From positions 1-36,792 of the forward strand of contig JAUWGD010000002.1 of the NCBI GenBank assembly GCA_030606585.1: a stretch of 36,792 bases of DNA. Reading direction: 5' to 3'. The translations under genes and the position numbers were made by a program. This DNA comes from Dehalococcoidales bacterium. Its GTDB lineage: Bacteria; Chloroflexota; Dehalococcoidia; Dehalococcoidales; RBG-16-60-22. The notes beneath the pieces are model-generated. The model was not told the origin of the DNA and ran no database searches. It was given only the letters and a program-made list of their open reading frames with translations. Of this stretch, positions 32,370 to 36,792 are shown one piece after another (positions within the stretch are counted from its first letter, which is position 1; each line of letters opens with the position of its first letter).

Positions 32370-33824
32370 CTAAAGACCGTATTCTTTCCACCTCTTTTCC
32401 ACCAGTTCCTCGGTCTCCGGCAGGGAATAGTGGCAATCCGGTGGAAATCTCTGACCACCCCACTCCTCCCGCGGCGGGTGCAGTTGCCAGTCCGTAGTGG
32501 CGTCGATAAGCAGCTTGTCGGCCACGGCAGCCCCGTATTCCAGTTCGGCCCTCAGGTCGTAGGCCAGGCTCACGTCGATGGGCGACCCCATATACAGGGG
32601 GTAGACGACCAGGTCTCTGTTGAAATTAACCCTGCTGTGCATGGTGCTCATCAGCGCCGCCGGGTTGCGAATATCCACACCCTCTTCGACCACCATGATA
32701 ATATTAAAGGGATGCCCGGCGAACTTGGAGCCCCACATGGCGGCGGCTATCTGCCTTGCCTGTCCCTGATATGTTTTATGAATCTTCACCGCGGTTATCG
32801 GCCCTGACGCAACATCAATCACTCCGGGGATTTCGGCGGCTTCCAGGATATTCCACAGTACCACCGACATCATGTTGCTGACCGACGCCCTGATTTCGGT
32901 AATGCCTTCTTTGGTGCCCACCAGAGAGCCGCGGAAAATGGGGTCGTTTCTATAGGTGATGCAGCTCACTTCCACCACCGGTCTCTTCCTCGCTTCCCCG
33001 TAAAACCCGGAGCCCTCCCCGAAAGGCCCTTCAACTTCGTAAGTGCTCGGGTCGGGGGACATAAAGCCCTCGACCACTATTTCCGCGGCAGCGGGGACTT
33101 CAATATCGGAGGTCTCACACTTCACCAGTCGGATGGGTTCTTGCCGCAGCGCCCCGGCCAGGTTATACTCAGGTCCGATAACCGGACTGCCGGCGACCAC
33201 GATTAAAGTCGGGTCGTAACCGTAGACGAAAGCCACGGGCATGGGTTTCCCCATCTCCTGGTACTTCGAGTAAGTAATCCCCCAGTCCTTCATCGGCATC
33301 AAAAGCACGCCTATCTTGTTCTTGCTCAATATCGTGCCCCGGTAAACGCCGGCGTTGTTCAGCCCGGTATCGGGGTCCCTGGTGACGGTAGCGTTAAACG
33401 TGTTGATATAACGTCCGTTATCCAGCGGGTGCCACTTGGGGACCGGCAACTGGAAAAGGTCCACGTCTTTACCCTTAACGATGTTTTCTTTGACCGGCCC
33501 GGTCTTGACCCTCACCGGTTCCAGCGGTTTCTTCATCCTCTGCCTGATTATCTTAATAGTATCCGCAGGGGATGTATCCTTGGGCAGGCCGAGCATAAGG
33601 TTGACACGTGAGTGCTTCCCCAGGCCATTGGTAAACAGTTTTGTGGAAAAAGTCTTCTCGTGACCCTTGATATTCTCAAAGAGAAGCGCCGGGCCTCCCT
33701 GCACGTATACCTTTCTGATAATCTGGGATATCTCGTCATCCCAGTCCACCTTCGCGGTTACCCTCTTAAAATCACCCTCGGCATCCAGCTGGGCCATCCA
33801 TGCGCGCAAATCTCTATCTGACAT
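32370..33824 (-). CDS. UbiD-family prFMN-dependent (de)carboxylase
   Basis: 484 aa. Motifs: DLRAWMAQLDAEGDFKRVTAKVDWDDEISQI, GGPALLFENIKGH, EVEGPFGEGSGFYGE, ITYRNDPIF. GGGGGGA RBS. Confidence 0.9.
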   Translation of the reverse strand: MSDRDLRAWMAQLDAEGDFKRVTAKVDWDDEISQIIRKVYVQGGPALLFENIKGHEKTFSTKLFTNGLGKHSRVNLMLGLPKDTSPADTIKIIRQRMKKPLEPVRVKTGPVKENIVKGKDVDLFQLPVPKWHPLDNGRYINTFNATVTRDPDTGLNNAGVYRGTILSKNKIGVLLMPMKDWGITYSKYQEMGKPMPVAFVYGYDPTLIVVAGSPVIGPEYNLAGALRQEPIRLVKCETSDIEVPAAAEIVVEGFMSPDPSTYEVEGPFGEGSGFYGEARKRPVVEVSCITYRNDPIFRGSLVGTKEGITEIRASVSNMMSVVLWNILEAAEIPGVIDVASGPITAVKIHKTYQGQARQIAAAMWGSKFAGHPFNIIMVVEEGVDIRNPAALMSTMHSRVNFNRDLVVYPLYMGSPIDVSLAYDLRAELEYGAAVADKLLIDATTDWQLHPPREEWGGQRFPPDCHYSLPETEELVEKRWKEYGL

Positions 33825-33866
33825 TATTATCCCCCCTGAAATATTAAATCTTTATTCTGTCAGTAT

Positions 33867-35201
33867 CTATTTATATACGCCGTATTCCCTGGTAAAATCA
33901 ATCATTGCCTTGAGGTTTTCTGGTTTGACCCAGTCAATGGCAGCCCCATTGGCCATAATATAACCGCCGCCGGGGGCGCAGGTATCGATGAGCTGGCGGC
34001 ATCTTTCCTTCACCTGCTCAGTCGTGCCGGTAATCAGCAGCGAGGAAGACACGTTGCCACTTATGCAGGCAACATCACCCAGTATTTTCTTAGCCCTGGC
34101 CATGTCTGTCACGTCGAACGTCCATGCCATCTTAGCTTTAGGCACGTCCCTGATAACTTCCAGACGCGAGTTATAGCTGCCCTCAACAAAAGGAAACGGT
34201 ACGCAGCCCTCTTCAATCAAGCCCATGAAAACCTTTCTCAGGGTGGGCCAGTAGAAGGTTTTGAACTGTTCATCGGAGAGGAAACCGTCGGCCCCTTTAT
34301 GCAGCGGCATAAACACCAGGGGATTTCCGTTCATCCTTGCCATGGACACCCCCATCTTGATCATGAACGGTGTTACTACCTCCAGAGCCCGGAGGAGTTT
34401 GGCGGGCTGCCGATACATATCCACCATTACCCCTTTGGTGCCTCTAAGAGTATCACCGATTACGTCAAAAGGTGCCTTGGCAAGGCCCCCAAGGAAGCCG
34501 GGAAATCCGGCGGCGGCCATCTCATGACTGAAACCACTGACAACCCCCATCCACTTCATGGTTTCAGCCCCTGCTTCAAAAAGAGTTTTATAGGCAGCCT
34601 GAACGTCGGGCATAGCGAACGGCATGACAAAAGAACCGAACGAACCCTCCTGGACGTTGGTGGGACTTTGTAGCATCTTCAAGGGCTCCAGGGCTCCGCA
34701 TATGCGAGGTAAGTAAGTGCTGTTCCAGAAATGTGACGGGTCCTGAATCAAGGCGTCATATTCATCTGCCATCATGTATTCGCCTTCAATGCACTGGTAG
34801 GTATTTTCGAGCGCGACTCCATGCCCGGGCCAGGCATATAACTTGACGTCAAGAATTTCAAAGAGCCTCCCCGAACCAGCGAAAAACGCGCCTGGGTTCA
34901 CATCCGGCTCGAAGTCCAGGACGTATTTCCTGATGGTGGTGGTGAGCTTTTCGTAGTCATACATCATATCATGAGGGGTCAGGCCTACATAATAAGCGGG
35001 GAAAAAATTAACAATGGAAAAGATGGGCACCCTGTCCGGCGTTTTCTTCAATTGAACCGCATCTTTTACCCGTGTCACTCTCTCCTTGTATAACTTCTCG
35101 GCTTCGGGGCTGGTAAACTCTACGCCCTGTGGCGAAAGCCACGAATTAAACATCGCCTCCTGCTTTTCATCCGATGATAACTCTGCCCATTGCTTTTCCA
35201 T
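33867..35201 (-). CDS. uroporphyrinogen-decarboxylase (URO-D) fold family protein, function unknown (444 aa)
   Basis: GGAGG RBS. URO-D/MtaA-type TIM-barrel C-terminal pattern: PFDVIGDTLRG, VFMPLHKGADGF, ISGNVSSSLLITGTTEQVKERCRQLID, PGGGYIMANGAAID, PENLKAMIDFTREYG. Longer than HemE/MtaA-type proteins. Confidence 0.6.
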   Translation of the reverse strand: MEKQWAELSSDEKQEAMFNSWLSPQGVEFTSPEAEKLYKERVTRVKDAVQLKKTPDRVPIFSIVNFFPAYYVGLTPHDMMYDYEKLTTTIRKYVLDFEPDVNPGAFFAGSGRLFEILDVKLYAWPGHGVALENTYQCIEGEYMMADEYDALIQDPSHFWNSTYLPRICGALEPLKMLQSPTNVQEGSFGSFVMPFAMPDVQAAYKTLFEAGAETMKWMGVVSGFSHEMAAAGFPGFLGGLAKAPFDVIGDTLRGTKGVMVDMYRQPAKLLRALEVVTPFMIKMGVSMARMNGNPLVFMPLHKGADGFLSDEQFKTFYWPTLRKVFMGLIEEGCVPFPFVEGSYNSRLEVIRDVPKAKMAWTFDVTDMARAKKILGDVACISGNVSSSLLITGTTEQVKERCRQLIDTCAPGGGYIMANGAAIDWVKPENLKAMIDFTREYGVYK

Positions 35202-35346
35202 TTTTATTTACCTCCTGTACGCTCTCTGCAGGTTATCCAGACTCAGCGCCTGCCCATTTTCTGGCAGGCAATACCGCTAATGCTCCGAGGTCCGGGATAA
35301 AACGCTCTCCATGGGTAAAACAACTTGTTACATCGCCCTTGTCAGA

Positions 35347-35375
35347 ATATTACATACGTGACACCTGGCTGTCAA
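35347..35375 (-). promoter_or_regulatory. candidate sigma70 promoter for the URO-D-like/UbiD operon
   Basis: On the minus strand: TTGACA (rc of 35370..35375), a 17 nt spacer, then TAATAT (rc of 35347..35352). The inverted repeat CCTGGCT (35364..35370) with AGCCAGG (35389..35395) brackets the -35. Confidence 0.5.
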
Positions 35376-35435
35376 TTCTCCATCTCAGAGCCAGGCATTA
35401 GCTACCCGAGAGGCGATTTTGCTCCTTAAAGGAAA

Positions 35436-35465
35436 GGCTCCGGAGGAATAATATCCTTCGGAGCC
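35436..35465 (-). terminator. intrinsic terminator after the solute-binding-protein gene
   Basis: On the minus strand: GGCTCCGAAGG-atattatt-CCTCCGGAGCC (10 of 11 positions pair) followed by TTTCCTTT. A smaller palindrome, AAAGGCTTAAGCCTTT (35481..35496), abuts the stop codon. Confidence 0.6.
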
Positions 35466-35496
35466 CTGTCCATTTCCAATAAAGGCTTAAGCCTTT

Positions 35497-36690
35497 TTAC
35501 TGTGTCGTGTATTTTTCTACCAAGGCCTGCCAGGTCGAGAGGACCCTGTCGGTGACCTCTTCGCTGTAACCCAGGTCATGACACATATCCGCCCAGGTGG
35601 GGAATGCGTACTCTAAAGCTGCTGCATCCCACAGGGCCGACTGCTCCGGGGTGGGAGTGTTGATAGTAATGCCCGATTCCTCAATAGTGGGCGTGCTATG
35701 TACGGTTTCGTCATACATACCCTGGGCGCATACTATCAAGGCATCTTCCCACGTAGCATCGAATATCGCCTGGTCTTCCGGTGGCAGGGAAGCATAGAAT
35801 TCGTGACTCGTCAGGATGAGCAGGGTCCCTGCGGAGAAGGTCTGTTTCAGGATGTAGTCACAAAGTTCGAACATGTTGTAAGGGCCTATCATGGCATAGG
35901 TCATGATAGCGGCATCGGTTACCCCTTTTTGCATGTTATCGTATGCTTGGGGAGGTATCTGGAAAACGCCGGCAGCGCCGAAAGCAGCCATCATATCCGC
36001 CAGGGCTCCCAGCGCCCCGCCGACCTTGAGGCCTTCAAGGTCTTCAGGCACAAATACCTCTTTATCCGCAGTAATGAGATAACCCGGGTCTATTTCAAGG
36101 GCTTTAATCAAATGATAGGGTTCGAACTCGGCTGCAATTTCCGGTATCTCATAGAATTCTATCAGGGCATCGAATGATGCGAGGAAGTCCTCTATGCTAA
36201 CACCTTGCTTGTGGAACGACAGCGTGGGGAGACCGGTAACCGCGGCTAACGGGAAATCGGACATTTTGCTGCCGGTAGAGGTCATGACGATTTCACAGAC
36301 ACCCTGTTTTACTGCATCCAGAGAGCCCGCATCGTCTAGTAAGGCCGAAAATCCATAAGTCTCTACAATGTAGCGACCGTCCGTCCGAGCCTCGAACTCA
36401 TCCGCCCACCACTCGTAGCCCACGCCTACAGCTGAGAACGGGGGCATCGTGTAATTAAACTTAATTGTCCTGACCTCCGGCGCAGGAGCCGGCTCAGGTT
36501 CAGGTTCCGGTGCTGGGGCTGGTTCTGGTGCCGGCGCAGGTTCTGGTTCTGGCTCCGGTGCGGGTGCGGGTGCCGGTGCTGGTGCAGGTGCTGGAGCCGG
36601 GGCCGGCTCCGGTTCAGCACAAGCAGCGAGCAGGAGAGACGCCAGCAGAATTACAGAGAGTACTGCGGCCATCAAGGTTCGTTTCTTCAT
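35497..36690 (-). CDS. TRAP-type (DctP-family-like) periplasmic/extracytoplasmic solute-binding lipoprotein
   Basis: Signal peptide plus lipobox: MKKRTLMAAVLSVILLASLLLAAC. DctP-like pattern: IKFNYTMPP, LDAVKQGVCEIVMTS, PEDLEGLKV, AFGAAGVFQIPPQAYDNMQKGVTDAA. AAAGGAGG RBS. No DctQ/DctM permease gene in the window. Confidence 0.65.
   Translation of the reverse strand: MKKRTLMAAVLSVILLASLLLAACAEPEPAPAPAPAPAPAPAPAPEPEPEPAPAPEPAPAPEPEPEPAPAPEVRTIKFNYTMPPFSAVGVGYEWWADEFEARTDGRYIVETYGFSALLDDAGSLDAVKQGVCEIVMTSTGSKMSDFPLAAVTGLPTLSFHKQGVSIEDFLASFDALIEFYEIPEIAAEFEPYHLIKALEIDPGYLITADKEVFVPEDLEGLKVGGALGALADMMAAFGAAGVFQIPPQAYDNMQKGVTDAAIMTYAMIGPYNMFELCDYILKQTFSAGTLLILTSHEFYASLPPEDQAIFDATWEDALIVCAQGMYDETVHSTPTIEESGITINTPTPEQSALWDAAALEYAFPTWADMCHDLGYSEEVTDRVLSTWQALVEKYTTQ
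36475..36618 (-). repeat. in-frame low-complexity coding repeat: 48-residue (Pro-Ala)n/(Pro-Glu)n tether
   Basis: Residues 25-72 of the SBP read AEPEPAPAPAPAPAPAPAPAPEPEPEPAPAPEPAPAPEPEPEPAPAPE. On the plus strand this appears as GGN-GCN/GGN-TCN hexamer-like repeats. Confidence 0.85.
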
Positions 36691-36792
36691 TTTTCCTCCT
36701 TTTCAATTAAGTAAAAATTAATATAGCTGCTTACCCGGCTATATTTTTTACACTACAACACCTCCTTTTTGTTAGATTTTCAGAAAGAATAT

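Noticed and set aside
32304-32807. 167 aa plus-strand ORF starting inside the terminator hairpin
   Set aside because: It begins within the 32306..32340 stem-loop and runs antisense to the UbiD gene. It has no RBS and no motifs.
35202-35346. Possible cobalamin or other riboswitch in the leader of the URO-D-like gene
   Set aside because: The leader is short (about 139 nt). I could not find a B12-box-like core or any other riboswitch signature I know. Only a single hairpin is present. I report it as a low-interest structured leader instead.
36475-36618. Tandem GGN-GCN / GGN-TCN repeats that could be mistaken for a microsatellite/VNTR or a CRISPR-like array. The plus-strand ORFs 36510..36710 and 36426..36620 derive from them.
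   Set aside because: The repeat is in frame within the SBP gene and encodes the (PA)n/(PE)n tether directly after the lipobox. There is no spacer/repeat periodicity of CRISPR size and there are no cas genes.
1-36792. Looked for a defence system, prophage, transposon, toxin-antitoxin pair, tRNA/rRNA genes, and in-frame TGA (selenocysteine) in the Mo/W enzymes
   Set aside because: There are no integrase, transposase, nuclease, ATPase or Cas-like proteins, and no small paired ORFs. I found no tRNA-like T-arm or acceptor patterns in the intergenic gaps. Both Mo/W genes are uninterrupted ORFs, with Cys or Ser at the presumed metal-ligand positions.

Overview
The window is a bacterial catabolic gene island. 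The host is bacterial because promoters are sigma70-type (TTGACA-17-TATAAT class) and RBSs are GGAGG-type. It is almost certainly an anaerobe: it encodes an oxygen-sensitive 4-hydroxybutyryl-CoA dehydratase, two cytoplasmic Mo/W bis-MGD enzymes, HdrD-like CCG iron-sulfur proteins and UbiD/UbiX. I support 28 CDS. I found no rRNA, tRNA, CRISPR array, transposase, integrase or phage gene.

Layout:
- (i) Left edge, minus strand: acetylene-hydratase-like Mo/W enzyme, then a CocE/NonD hydrolase, then a BthL-like ferredoxin subunit that is truncated at the window edge.
- (ii) MarR regulator, followed by a roughly 20 kb co-directional plus-strand array. In order: DUF35 protein, thiolase-like protein, two acyl-CoA dehydrogenases, M24 creatinase/prolidase-like protein, FAD_binding_2 flavoprotein, 4-hydroxybutyrate-type CoA-transferase, an FAD / CCG-FeS / FAD trio, AbfD, Fe-alcohol dehydrogenase, a palindromic repeat, alpha/beta hydrolase, pyrogallol-transhydroxylase (AthL)-like Mo subunit, a second palindromic repeat, UbiX.
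- (iii) Minus-strand operon: a second, diverged copy of the FAD / CCG-FeS / FAD trio, a CoA-acylating (methyl)malonate-semialdehyde dehydrogenase and a small ferritin-like protein.
- (iv) A self-contained chagasin-type (I42) lipoprotein gene.
- (v) Minus strand: a TRAP-type solute-binding lipoprotein with a 48-residue Pro-Ala/Pro-Glu tether, then a URO-D-fold protein plus a UbiD decarboxylase.

The most interesting signal is the mirror-image pair of three-gene flavoprotein/HdrD-like modules. They bracket a 4-hydroxybutyryl-CoA module and an orphan AthL-like transhydroxylase with UbiX/UbiD. Together this looks like an undescribed anaerobic route for hydroxylated aromatic acids or hydroxy acids. 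All functional calls come from motif recognition by eye and remembered family sequences. No database search was possible.
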